Source: Octopus vulgaris
Taxonomy: Eukaryota
Length of the DNA: 64,000 bases
Direction: 5' to 3'
Assembly (NCBI GenBank): GCA_951406725.2
Contig: OX597814.1
Span: 70,432,001-70,496,000, forward strand
A program made the translations under genes and the position numbers. Below the pieces are notes generated by a model. The model was not told the origin of the DNA. It was given only the letters and a program-made list of their open reading frames with translations, and made no database searches. Position 1 is the first letter of the stretch, and each line of letters opens with the position of its first letter. This document shows positions 13,824-29,741 of the stretch, piece by piece.

Positions 13824-14695
13824 TGTTGTGTGTGTATGTGTGTTATATATCTGTGTATGTTATATATAGATACATGTTATATTTGTGTGCTGTGTGTATA
13901 TGTGATATATGTGGGTGCGTTGTGTGTGGGTGTGTGTGTTCTGTGTGTGTGTGTGTTGTTTGTATGTGGTGTGTGTTTGTATACTATGTGTGTGTGTGTG
14001 TGTGTGTTGTTGTGTGTTTGTGTGTATATATATGTGTGTGACAAACAGACGCTGTCTGACCAGCAGGCAAGGACACATCTATTCACACCCGCATACTAAC
14101 CTCCTGATAACCCCAAAATCATTCATGCATAAAGGGGAAGTATACACCACATTGGCTACTTCTTCTGTTCTCTCAGTTCAGCCTTTCTGCTAATACTGAC
14201 AGGTCAGTAAAAACATACTTAAAATATTCTGAGATGTACAAAAAATCCATTTTAATTTTTGCTGTCAAAACGCTGTATATATATACCAAAGATTGTATAT
14301 ATATACATGTAATGTGACAATTTGCGACAACCAATAATTAACGCAACCAATTCCCAATAATATATTTGTTTTATCCTTTTCTGCCAAATTTTCCCAAATA
14401 TTCTCATCATACTATTGAACTTCTCTGTTACCAAACACTATATTTATACATGTAATGTGACAATTATGTATAAAAAAACATTTTTGAATTCATAATATCC
14501 AATGTGACAATTATGTAAAAAACTTTTTTGAATGCATAATATTCAATGTGACAATTATGTAAAAAACTTTTTTTGAACCCATAATATCCAATGTGACAAT
14601 TATGTAAAAAACTTTTTTGAATGCATAATATTCAATGTGACAATTATGTAAAAAACTTTTTTGAACCCATATTATTCAATGTTTCCTTAAATGTA

Positions 14696-14736
14696 ACTTT
14701 TGACAATCTTTTACCAAAGAGTGAAACCGGTTAAGT
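14696..14736 (+). ncRNA. Hammerhead motif with U3-A8 core (mirror 11404-11444, minus strand)
   Basis: actt TTGACAA tcttt-tacc-aaaga-gt GAAA ccgg TT aagt. Confidence 0.6.
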
Positions 14737-14795
14737 AAATAAACATCGTTTAAATTGCATTTTCAAACCTTTTTTCTTATATATAATATATATTT

Positions 14796-15085
<290 letters not shown>

Positions 15086-15086
15086 T

Positions 15087-15432
15087 AGGCACAGGAGTGG
15101 CTGTGTGGTAAGTAGCTTGCTAACCAACCACATGGTTCCGGGTTCAGTCCCACTTCGTGGCATCTTGGGCAAGTGTCATCTGCTATAGCCCCGGGCCGAC
15201 CAATGCCTTGTGAGTGGATTTGGTAGACGGAAACTGAAAGAAGCCTGTCGTATATATGTATGTATATATGTGTGTGTGTGTTTGTCCCCCTAGCATTGCT
15301 TGACAACCGATGTTGGTGTGTTTAGCGGTTCGGCAAAAGAGACTGATAGAATAAGTCCCGGGGTCGATTTGATCAACTAAAGGCGGCGCTCCAGCATGGC
15401 CGCAGTCAAATGACTGACACAAGTAAAAGAGT
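15087..15432 (+). mobile_element. tRNA-derived SINE (family 2) with CR1-group LINE-like 3' tail
   Basis: TGGCTGTGTGG and GGTTCAGTCCC boxes; ends ggcggcgctccagcatggccgcag; related copy 39577-39989. Confidence 0.8.
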
Positions 15433-15633
15433 ATATGTATATATATATATATATACAAAATAAGAAAATGGAGAAATACATCTAAATCATTAATCAACTA
15501 CCAGATAATACTCAATCACATACTTTATTAAACCACTATATGTTATCCCATAGAGGGTTGAATTTGCAACCCCTATCTCAATTTGTATATATATATATAT
15601 ATATGTATATGTATATATATATATGTATGTATA

Positions 15634-15920
<287 letters not shown>

Positions 15921-16065
15921 CTTCCTCATTCTACATTGAGAGAAGGACGGGATGGACGCTTCATTTTTGTGCTGGTACCGCATTATGTAGTACGCGAATG
16001 AGAGGATTTGCATCTCCAACGTAGAATTTTTGATGTAATACATGTCCTTGAGGTAGTAATTGTGC

Positions 16066-16143
16066 GCGGCTGAAGAAGGCCATAGACACACATTATGCAT
16101 TGTTATAAATCCGTCTAATAAAGGCCCGAAACATATGTACCGC
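16066..16143 (+). ncRNA. Canonical type I hammerhead motif in an orphan non-coding segment (~15920-16250)
   Basis: gcgg CTGAAGA aggcc-a-tagac...gtcta...ggccc GAAA catatg TA ccgc. Confidence 0.8.
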
Positions 16144-16255
16144 TGAATCCTTGGCATCATGTTTTTATTTTGATTAAATTACTCCACCACCTACACCACC
16201 AAACGGTATATACAGGTGCTTACAATTATCAAGTACTCACCCTGAATTTTTGTAT

Positions 16256-16330
<75 letters not shown>

Positions 16331-16331
<1 letters not shown>

Positions 16332-16429
16332 TTAATCAGAATTTGGAAAATTGTGGCCTTTGAAACATGTGTAGAATGTAATAAAAGGAATTATGTACAA
16401 TCTTCGTTCAACTCCATTTCTTCCATTCA

Positions 16430-16485
<56 letters not shown>

Positions 16486-16536
16486 TACATATATATATAT
16501 ATACATATATATACATATATACATATATACATGTAC

Positions 16537-16605
<69 letters not shown>

Positions 16606-16606
16606 T

Positions 16607-16694
<88 letters not shown>

Positions 16695-16837
16695 GTATAT
16701 ATGTATATATATATACATATATATGTACATGTATATATGTATATATGTATATATATGTATATATATATATGTATATATGTATATATATATATGTATATAT
16801 ATATATGAATATATGTATATATATATATATATATATG

Positions 16838-16895
<58 letters not shown>

Positions 16896-17325
16896 GTGAA
16901 TGGAAGAAATGGAGTTGAACGAAGATTGTACATAATTCCTTTTATTACATTCTACACATGTTTCAAAGGCCACAATTTTCCAAATTCTGATTAAATAAGG
17001 TTACCATATTGCAGCTTTCTCTTCAGGAAAAACCAGGAATTACGTTGTCAGAACAAAACAAAACAGAGGCGCAGCAAAGCATTTCGAACGAGGACGCTCC
17101 TTAAGAGCCCATGGATAAACTGTTTATCAGTGTACGTTGAAATCGGGGGGTTGGTGTACTTACAGGTCAGGCCGCGGTCAAATCTAGTAGGTGAGGAATT
17201 ACTGAGAACAAGGGGTGTGGAGATGTTCTGTGTGACCAAAACTAATGTTCTGAATATTTAACCCAGGTATCGGTTAAACTTTTGAATAATCTGTAACAAG
17301 AAAATTCATCTTTCCATTTCAACAA
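16331..17325. mobile_element. PLE 3' ends converging on a (TA)n array
   Basis: 104-bp inverted repeat 16331-16434 / 16892-16995 around the microsatellite. Confidence 0.7.
16950..17029 (-). ncRNA. Type I hammerhead motif
   Basis: ttc CTGAAGA gaaagctgcaat...attgtggccttt GAAA catgtg TA gaa. Confidence 0.75.
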
Positions 17326-17379
17326 ATATATACATATATATGTATATATATGTATATATATATATATATATATATGTAT

Positions 17380-17652
17380 ATAATAATAAATATTAGGGAA
17401 TAAATCCAAATTTACAAGGAAAAATCAGATTTAAGATTGAATCCAATTTTATAGTAAAATATATAATATCAAATTAGAGACAAAACCACTATTATGCAAA
17501 TCAAACAAAGAATGTCTAAGATGTGCTGACATGAAACGATCGTAGTGGTTATTCATATGTTAAATTTTAATTTACATAAATTATTTTATGTATTGGCTTA
17601 AGTCTTTTTTTGTTTGATTTGCATAATAGTGGTTTTGTCTCTAATTTAATAT
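17380..17652. mobile_element. Mini fold-back PLE end related to the 35903/41600 family
   Basis: Inverted repeat ~17467-17510 / 17605-17652 (aattagagacaaaaccactatta); only the 3' half of the hammerhead (GAAAcgatcgTAgtggtt) is present. Confidence 0.65.
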
Positions 17653-17656
17653 TATA

Positions 17657-17764
<108 letters not shown>

Positions 17765-17847
17765 TATATATATATATATATATTGTTTGTTTTTTGTTTT
17801 TCCAGTTTCAGCTCTTGAGCTGTGGCCATGCTGGGGCACCGCCATTG

Positions 17848-18009
17848 TGGTGAAAGAGTACAGCAGGGATCACCACCCCCTGCCGGAGCCTCGTAGAGCT
17901 TTTAGGTGTTTTCGCTCAATAAACACACACAACGCCCGGTCTGAGAATCGAAACCGCGATCCTGCGACCGCGAGTCCGCTGCCCTAACCACTAGGCCATT
18001 GCGCCTCTA
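17848..18009 (-). mobile_element. tRNA-derived SINE (family 1)
   Basis: Reverse complement of 14919-15085. Confidence 0.8.
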
Positions 18010-18047
18010 CATATGTATACATGTATATATATATATGTATATATATA

Positions 18048-18442
18048 CTAGCAGTATCGCCCGGCGTTGCTCGGGTTTGTAAGGGAAATAACTATATAAG
18101 CATTTTTAGAGAGTTATAGCTAAAAAAATAGCAAAAAAATGCATTAAAAATGGAAAACAAATGATGGTAAATTTTTTTTTAATCGTTGACTCATCGTAGA
18201 CATTTTTAGAGAGTTACTTCCCTTATATAATAGCGAAAATGCATTAAAATGGAAAAAAATGATGGTAATTTTTTTTTAAATCGTAGACTCATCGTAGACG
18301 CGCGCTAATACCCAGAAGGGCTCGATATGAATCACGACTATAAGATACCCGGTTTTGGTTAAACTGCACCGCAAAATGTGGGAGTAGTTAGGAATCTAAA
18401 TCGTAGGAGACAGACACACAACTTCACTTTTATATATAAAGA
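18048..18442 (-). mobile_element. Non-autonomous Helitron-like element
   Basis: 5' TCTTTATATATAAAA, 3' hairpin + CTAG; same family as 5962-6597. Confidence 0.75.
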
Positions 18443-18456
18443 TTTCGAGGGTGAGG

Positions 18457-18597
18457 GCAGGTCGATGTAATCGACCCCGAAAGGGATGAAAGGCAAAGTG
18501 GACCTCGGCAGAATTTGAATTTAGAATGTAAAGACGGACGAAACGCCGCTAAACATTTTGCATGGCGTGCAGACAATTCTGCCAGCTCGCCACCTTA
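18457..18597 (-). mobile_element. SINE (family 3), internally deleted
   Basis: Matches 60497-60727 (aaggtggcgagctggcagaa...ttcaaattc). Confidence 0.7.
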
Positions 18598-19159
18598 AAT
18601 GTAACAAAATACTGGCGTGAGTTTAGTGCGACCGAATTACAGATGGAATACTGAGTGAATTAGTATATGATGAAACGCATCTAATTTATTTTTCCCACAA
18701 AATATCATTTCTTTTCTCATAAAAAGAGTAGGGATTTGTCTAACGCGAGGATACGTCTTATGCATCGGCAAATACAGTATTTAGAACCGATGAATTAAAG
18801 AGAGAACTTCTTTTATAGTTTTTTTTTGGGTGATTCTTTTTTAAGTATCTTGAAAAGGGCAATATTCTATCGAAAGATAAAAAAGCCATAAGGGGAATGG
18901 TTAAGAAATGTTACCGATGCTATATTATATTTACTGTATTTATCGGTGTATAAGACACGCAATTTTATTTTGAAATGTACCATAAAATTTGCCTTGCATC
19001 CCGTCCAGGTGGGGGAATTTCTACGCCACTGAAACCGGGAAACCGGCCCTTATGAGCCTGGCATGGCTCGAGAAGGAACATTTATTTATTTAAGATACAT
19101 TAGACGAGCACTGTATTTAAATTTTATCTTCCTTTAGATCAGTGGTTCTCAGCGGGACC

Positions 19160-19318
19160 CCGGTCCGTCGCAGGATTACTCGTTTTTGCCAGCTGAGTGG
19201 ACTGGAGCAACGTGAAAATGAAGTGTTTTGCTCAAGAACATAACGCATCGCCCGGTCCAGGAATCGAAACCACAACCTTACGATCATGAGATCAACGACT
19301 AAGCCACGCGCCTCCACC
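19160..19318 (-). mobile_element. tRNA-derived SINE 5' part
   Basis: Minus strand ggaggcgcgTGGCTTAGTCG...GGTTTCGATTCC. Confidence 0.7.
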
Positions 19319-19419
19319 TAATGTATCTCATGTATGATAAATTTATACTTTCACACTTTATTCCGATATACTGTCAAATCATTGTATTTACACTGTATTT
19401 ACATACACAGAGTCACACA

Positions 19420-19633
19420 CGCTAGCGTAGCTGGGGGTGGTGCTGGGGGGGGGGGGGGGCTGTGGTAAGGGCCGTCCGCTCCGAGCGGCACTTTTAAAAG
19501 GGCACCACTATTGGGTCTGCTGTGGGCATTTTTTTTTTTTTTGAGGGGTTCGGGGGCGGCAAACGGTAAGGCTATCTCCAGGCGGCAAACGGATAAGCCA
19601 CTCCAGATGGCACACACTCTAGTTACGCTAGTG
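19420..19633. mobile_element. hAT-type MITE
   Basis: Imperfect TIRs CGCTAGCGTAGCTGG / CTAGTTACGCTAGTG; exact 8-bp TSD gtcacaca at 19412-19419 and 19634-19641. Confidence 0.85.
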
Positions 19634-19940
19634 GTCACACATTTCCCCTAAAGAAACCCACTTTAAAATATCTATAAGAGTATGATGAAACATTAAATTC
19701 CCCTTCACAAATATACTTTTAATAGGTGCATCTTATATAAGAGTGCGTCTTATACGCCGGCAAGAGCAGTAATTTCCACGAAGAGAGAATGAAATTTAAT
19801 GATCAGCTGTGTTGTTTGCGTCAAGATTGGAAGACAGTGTTTTAATTTGGTTTGCTGAAAAAGCACAAAATAACCGCATTCTACTATGTTGGTCCAAACA
19901 AGTTAACTATTGACAGCTAGGATGGTGCTTTTATATACAA

Positions 19941-20401
19941 CTAGCAGCATAGCCCGGCATTGCCCGGGTATGTAAGAGCCCCTAGTAGGCAACGACTAAT
20001 CCCAATCTAGTCCTTTCCCTCTAAGGAACGAAGGCGCATGTGTAGGTTGCAATGTCTTCTCTTCACTCAAATACTTCCGTGTATACGATGTTCCTAGCTG
20101 TCCCTATGGGCGAAAACATGAAAACATCATTGCGCCTCCCAACGCGTGAACAGCCCACGTACAGTCCAGAAAATGTGTTGCATATAAAAAGCTTAGATTC
20201 TCGACCCCATGTCGAATTTATCGATTTTTTCAGAACTGGGGGAACTTTTCAAAATTTTCGCTGCGTTAGTTTTGAATTATGACATTGGGCTATGTGTGTG
20301 TCAAGTTTCATCAGAATCGGTTGAAAGCCGTGGTCATGGTGAGGGTACAACCTGACAGACACACAGACACACAGACAAACTGCCGTTTATATATAGAGAG
20401 A
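19941..20401 (-). mobile_element. Non-autonomous Helitron-like element (second family)
   Basis: 5' TCTCTCTATATATAAA, 3' cccgg-gcaatg-ccggg hairpin + CTAG. Confidence 0.7.
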
Positions 20402-20435
20402 TGTATATATGTATATATATGTATATATGTATATA

Positions 20436-20490
<55 letters not shown>

Positions 20491-20491
20491 G

Positions 20492-20523
<32 letters not shown>

Positions 20524-20595
20524 TGTAAATATATATATATATGTATATATATATATATGTAAATATATATATATATGTGTATATATATATATATG

Positions 20596-20640
<45 letters not shown>

Positions 20641-20684
20641 GTATATGTATATATATACATATGTATATATATATATATATATAT

Positions 20685-20861
<177 letters not shown>

Positions 20862-20876
20862 ATATATATATATGTA

Positions 20877-20957
<81 letters not shown>

Positions 20958-20962
<5 letters not shown>

Positions 20963-22168
20963 CAGAAGCTGGTCCTGGAGCGTGATGGCATTGCTGGGAT
21001 CTTTGGCACTATGCAGTGTCATTACGTTCTAGCATTAGTGTAGCTTACAATGCCAAAATTTGGCACAATTCCTTCCAGGATCTTCCAGACATATATCACT
21101 GCATACCTCTCCCGTTTTCTCTCCAGGGAGTAGAGTCTTAGCTGTTTCAACCTTTCCCAGTAGCTGAGCTGTTGCAAAGAGATGATCTTCTTTGTGAATC
21201 CTCTCTGGATTGCTTCAAGGTCCACTGTTAATTTTACACTTGTAGGTGACCATAGCTGTGAGCAGTAATCCAGGCGACTGAGGACGAATGTCCGCCAGAG
21301 GACCATCATGGTTTCCTTATCTCTGCTTCTGAATGTTCTTAGGATCCACCCAGCCAGTCGTCTGCACTTTGCCGCCATCCTGGTAATGTGCACTTGGAAA
21401 GAAGTATCATCACTGATGTCGATACCCAGGTCCCTCACAGACTTAGGCTCTGGGATTGAAATTCCCTGTGGACCGGTGTATCCTGTAAGTTTAATATTCA
21501 GTTTTGGATGCTGGTAGCGCTGGGCCTGGAATTTTTCAGCATTAAACTGCATATTATTATCCTCAGCCCATCTGTAGATTGAGTCCAACTCCTGCTGCAG
21601 GTGTGCAACCACGCTGGGGTTCTGTATTTTCTGCGAGACTTTCGTATCGTCTGAATACCTGGCCAGAGTGACTATCCGGGCATTTGAGGGCATATCTGAG
21701 AGGGCCACTATAAAAAGCAGTGGTCCCAAGACAGTGCCCTGTGGAACACCACTCACTATTTGTGTGTTCATAGAGGTGGCTCCATTAACCACTACTGCCT
21801 GACTCCTATCTTTCAGGAAGTCATGCAACCACACTCCAAGTTTTCCAGCTATGCCGAGGTCACGTAGTTTGTGGCATATCATACCATGATCCACCTTGTC
21901 GAAAGCTTTTGCAAAATCAAGGTAGATTACGTCCACATTTGATTTGTTGAGCAACTGCCTCAACACCCTGTCATAATGCTGTAAGAGCTGGGTCAGGCAG
22001 CTCCTACCTTGTCGAAAACCATGCTGGGTATCATTCAGCAAGTTATTTTCCTCAAGGAATGCGATAAGTTTCTTTCTGACTATCCGTTCCATGACTTTGC
22101 TGATGTGTGAAGTAAGAGAGATAAGCCTATAGCTTTTGGCATCTGCTCTACTTCCCCCTTTATGTATT
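20958..22168 (-). mobile_element. CR1-group LINE RT fragment (family B)
   Basis: 356-aa ORF 21022-22092 with [31 protein letters not shown]; closely similar to 53722-54540. Confidence 0.9.
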
Positions 22169-22169
22169 G

Positions 22170-22295
<126 letters not shown>

Positions 22296-22606
22296 AAAAT
22301 AGTAAAGTGTGAAAAAACGACAGAAGGCTTAAATGTTAAAAAATATATATATTTGTGTCAAAATGTCTGGAGAATATCGGAAAAATTTTTTTTCCTTTCC
22401 TTAAAATGACATAATTTAAAAAAATTTTTAAAGAAATTACCGGTTTCGCGTGTAGCTTTTCAAATTTCTTGTGACGTTATGTTTATATTGCATGGAATTA
22501 TCATTGTTTTTATTTCCAGGAGATTTCTAAATAAGGGGAGGTAGTGAGTGATTTTTTCCGGTGTAGGGGAGATAATCGCTTAAAAATTTTTTTTCCTTTT
22601 TCCTTG

Positions 22607-24727
22607 TTAATTTCTCTGTGTCAGTATGTTCGGATGGTTGAGTCTGGGTTTGTACTTTTCAATGAAGAATGTTTCCTTGTTCAGTCTCATTTGTGTTGAT
22701 GATCCGAAAGCACATTGGTAAAATGGGAAGATTAAAAATTGTGGCAGTATTTGCTTTGCGCATTTCTCAATGTGCTCACTAAAAGGTATCATTCTATATT
22801 CTGGGAATGCAATCTGTTGTCGATGCAGTGTGCATCTGCGCCTGAGTGATAGTCCCGTGGAACCCACGTAGTCTTGGTGGCAGCCCGAGCATTTAATAAC
22901 ATAAATTATGTTTTCAGAGGCACAAGTAAAGTTAGATTTGATCTTAAATTTCTGTCCCTCTTTAAAGAAGAATTCTGATCCTTCCAATTGGTTAGGACAT
23001 GTTGCACAGTTCGATCTACCACATTTTTTTACTTTTGTATCCGTAATTTTAGAAGACAATTTTGCCTTTGTGAGAATCTTTTTAAGTGATTTAGGCTGTT
23101 TGTAGCTTTTAATGATTTGGTGTATGTTTAGAATTTCCTTTAATTTTGGGTTTTTATGAAGTATTGGTAAATTCTGGGTGATGATGGTGAAGGCTTCTTT
23201 GTTTCTGGGGTTGTATGTAGATATGTAAGGTAGTATTTTCGGGGAAGGTGTGTTGTTGTGTTGAACTTTTCTTAAAGTTTCTATGTTGATTTCTGTTGCA
23301 CGTCTGATCCCATCCTCTATGAGTTGAGCTGGGTAATGTCTGTCAATTAGGGTGTTTTTGAGTTCTTGCAGTCTAAAGTTCCTGGTATTTTGTTCTGACA
23401 CTATTGTGCATATCCTTCTTGCAAGGTTGAAGGGGATGTTTGTTTTAGTGTGTCTTGGGTGGCATGAATTAAAAAGAAGGTATTGTTTGGCGTCTGTGGC
23501 TTTGTAAAAAATGTCTGTTTCTATTTTAAGGTTAATTTTTTTAATTAGTATATCCAAGAACGGGAGCTCTTTTTGGTTGTATTCCATTGTGAACTGTATA
23601 TTTGGGTTTATGCTGTTCAATAGGTTTTTAAATTTTAGGAGTTTATCTATGTTTTCATTCCAGAAAATGAAACAATCGTCTAGGAATCGTTTCCAATTCT
23701 CTTTTATGTATTGAGAGAGGGAGTTTCCAAAGATTGATAGAGATTCCTGGTAAATGATTATTTCCATGTATCCCATTGTTAAGTTCGCAATGACTGGTGC
23801 TGCCCTTGTACCCATAGCAATTCCGGATTTTTGACGGTAAAATGTATTGTCAAACATGAAGTGGTTATTGTGTAGGATGAATTCAATTGATTTAGTAATG
23901 AATTCCTTACTGATCCTTTTTGGTATTTCTTCCGGAAATTGGTCTAACCAGAATTGTATTGCCTCCAGTCCATAATTATGAGGTATACTGGTATACAAGT
24001 TGACTACATCAAATGAAACCAGGATTGTTTCTTCCTTGGTTTTTTTTGGGAGGTAGTTTAACATATCTAAGTCATCTCTGATATGGCTATCGATATGTTT
24101 AAGGAAGGGTTTCAAGAGGATGTCCATAAGTAGACTTAGTCTGTGTGTTTCACAGGTTGGGCCAGCTACAATGGGTCGTAGTTTTAGGTCCCCCGGATTA
24201 GGTGTGTGTATGTATGTCTTTGGTGATTTTTTAATGGTTTCATTTATAATTTGACTTTTATGAATTTTTGGCAGACCATAGAAAAGGCTAGGTTTGCATT
24301 TAAAGTTTGTTAGGAAATCAATCTCTTTGGTTGTCAGTTCCTTTTCATGGGTTTTAATTAGTGAAGATAGAGTTTTCATTATTTTTTGTGGGGTGTAGTT
24401 GGTAATTTTTTCATAATGTAGGTCTTCATCAAGCAAGGAAATTACAAGATTTCTGTAGTATGATGTATCCATTATTACAACTGCATTTCCCTTGTCCGCT
24501 TCCTTAATGGTTATATCTTCATCATTTTGGAGTTCTATCAGTTCTTTCCATTGTGTAGTGTTGAAATTTGGGTTAGCTTTCTGTTTATGTATAGTATGGT
24601 AGGGGAAGTTCTCAATGTGGTTACAGAATTCGTCAAGATCTTTATTTCTTCCTCTGTGTGGGATGTGTTCACTTTTGTTCTTGACTAGTGATTCATCTTC
24701 AGTATTGAAACTGTTTGATGCTTCTGC
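22607..24727 (-). CDS. PLE reverse transcriptase + GIY-YIG endonuclease (open frame, 5'-truncated)
   Basis: IKEADKGN, FYGLPKIHK, RPIVA, SFDVVNLYTSIP, GIAMGT, RFLDDCF, CGRSNCATC, IIYVIKC..C..DYVGST. Confidence 0.9.
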   Translation of the reverse strand, partial: AEASNSFNTEDESLVKNKSEHIPHRGRNKDLDEFCNHIENFPYHTIHKQKANPNFNTTQWKELIELQNDEDITIKEADKGNAVVIMDTSYYRNLVISLLDEDLHYEKITNYTPQKIMKTLSSLIKTHEKELTTKEIDFLTNFKCKPSLFYGLPKIHKSQIINETIKKSPKTYIHTPNPGDLKLRPIVAGPTCETHRLSLLMDILLKPFLKHIDSHIRDDLDMLNYLPKKTKEETILVSFDVVNLYTSIPHNYGLEAIQFWLDQFPEEIPKRISKEFITKSIEFILHNNHFMFDNTFYRQKSGIAMGTRAAPVIANLTMGYMEIIIYQESLSIFGNSLSQYIKENWKRFLDDCFIFWNENIDKLLKFKNLLNSINPNIQFTMEYNQKELPFLDILIKKINLKIETDIFYKATDAKQYLLFNSCHPRHTKTNIPFNLARRICTIVSEQNTRNFRLQELKNTLIDRHYPAQLIEDGIRRATEINIETLRKVQHNNTPSPKILPYISTYNPRNKEAFTIITQNLPILHKNPKLKEILNIHQIIKSYKQPKSLKKILTKAKLSSKITDTKVKKCGRSNCATCPNQLEGSEFFFKEGQKFKIKSNFTCASENIIYVIKCSGCHQDYVGSTGLSLRRRCTLHRQQIAFPEYRMIPFSEHIEKCAKQILPQFLIFPFYQCAFGSSTQMRLNKETFFIEKYKPRLNHPNILTQRN

Positions 24728-25800
24728 TAAAAAAATTAACCTTAAAATAGAAACAGACATTTTTTACAAAGCCACAGACGCCAAACAATACCTTCTTTTT
24801 AATTCATGCCACCCAAGACACACTAAAACAAACATCCCCTTCAACCTTGCAAGAAGGATATGCACAATAGTGTCAGAACAAAATACCAGGAACTTTAGAC
24901 TGCAAGAACTCAAAAACACCCTAATTGACAGACATTACCCAGCTCAACTCATAGAGGATGGGATCAGACGTGCAACAGAAATCAACATAGAAACTTTAAG
25001 AAAAGTTCAACACAACAACACACCTTCCCCGAAAATACTACCTTACATATCTACATACAACCCCAGAAACAAAGAAGCCTTCACCATCATCACCCAGAAT
25101 TTACCAATACTTCATAAAAACTCAAAATTAAAGGAAATTCTAAACATACACCAAATCATTAAAAGCTACAAACAGCCTAAATCACTTAAAAAGATTCTCA
25201 CAAAGGCAAAATTGTCTTCTAAAATTACGGATACAAAAGTAAAAAAATGTGGTAGATCGAACTGTGCAACATGTCCTAACCTATTGGAAGGATCAGAATT
25301 CTTCTTTAAAGAGGGACAGAAATTTAAGATCAAATCTAACTTTACTTGTGCCTCTGAAAACATAATTTATGTTATTAAATGCTCGGGCTGCCACCAATAC
25401 TACGTGGGTTCCACGGGACTATCACTCAGGCGCAGATGCACACTGCATCGACAACAGATTGCATTCCCAGAATATAGAATGATACCTTTTAGTGAGCACA
25501 TTGAGAAATGCGCAAAGCAAATACTGCCACAATTTTTAATCTTCCCATTTTACCAATGTGCTTTCGGATCATCAACACAAATGAGACTGAACAAGGAAAC
25601 ATTCTTCATTGAAAAGTACAAACCCGGACTCAACCATCCGAACATACTGACACAGAGAAATTAACAAGGAAAAAGGAAAAAAAATTTTTAAGCGATTATC
25701 TCCCCTACACCGGAAAAAATCACTCACTACCTCCCCTTATTTAGAAATCTCCTGGAAATAAAAACAACGATAATTCCATGCAATATAAACATAACGTCAC

Positions 25801-25840
25801 AAGAAATTTGAAAAGCTACACGCGAAACCGGTAATTTCTT
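25801..25840 (+). ncRNA. Minimal hammerhead with U3-A8 core (mirror 22431-22470, minus strand)
   Basis: aagaaat TTGAAAA gc-tacac-gc GAAA ccgg TA atttctt; perfect 7-bp stem I. Confidence 0.8.
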
Positions 25841-26019
25841 TAAAAATTTTTTTAAATTATGTCATTTTAAGGAAAGGAAAAAAAATTTTTCCGATATTCT
25901 CCAGACATTTTGACACAAATATATATATTTTTTAACATTTAAGCCTTCTGTCGTTTTTTCACACTTTACTATTTTCTTATATATTCACCCACGTGCTTTA
26001 CCAAACAAACTTTCTTATC

Positions 26020-26057
<38 letters not shown>

Positions 26058-26287
26058 CATATATATATACCTATATATATTATGTATATATGTATATATA
26101 TATATATATGCATATATATATCATATACATATTACATATATACATATATATGTACATATATACATACATATATATATATATACACATATATATACACATA
26201 TATATATAGATATATATATATACATATATATACATATATATATACATATATATATACATATATATATATACATATACATATATATAC

Positions 26288-26361
<74 letters not shown>

Positions 26362-26434
26362 TATACATATATATATATACATATATATATATACATATAT
26401 ATATATACATATATATATACATATATATAAAAAC

Positions 26435-26479
<45 letters not shown>

Positions 26480-26499
26480 TATATGTATATATATATGTA

Positions 26500-26558
<59 letters not shown>

Positions 26559-26576
26559 TTATATATATGTATATCC

Positions 26577-29714
<3,138 letters not shown>

Positions 29715-29741
29715 GTATATATATGTATATATATATATATG

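Larger units (their letters stand above)
11322..14783. mobile_element. 3.4-kb non-coding palindrome (fold-back PLE 3' region)
   Basis: Arms 11357-13038 / 13107-14783, ~68-nt spacer, 35-nt extension 11322-11356; hammerhead-like motif near each outer end. Confidence 0.85.
18932..19771. mobile_element. Possible pogo/Tc1-like MITE carrying nested insertions
   Basis: TA-CTGTATTTATCGGTGTATAAGAC at left and GTCTTATACGCCGGCAAGAGCAG-TA at right form imperfect TIRs. Confidence 0.5.

Noticed and set aside
24615-25664. Independent 349-aa endonuclease gene
   Set aside because: It is the inverted arm of the PLE; its first ~38 residues are antisense read-through across the junction.
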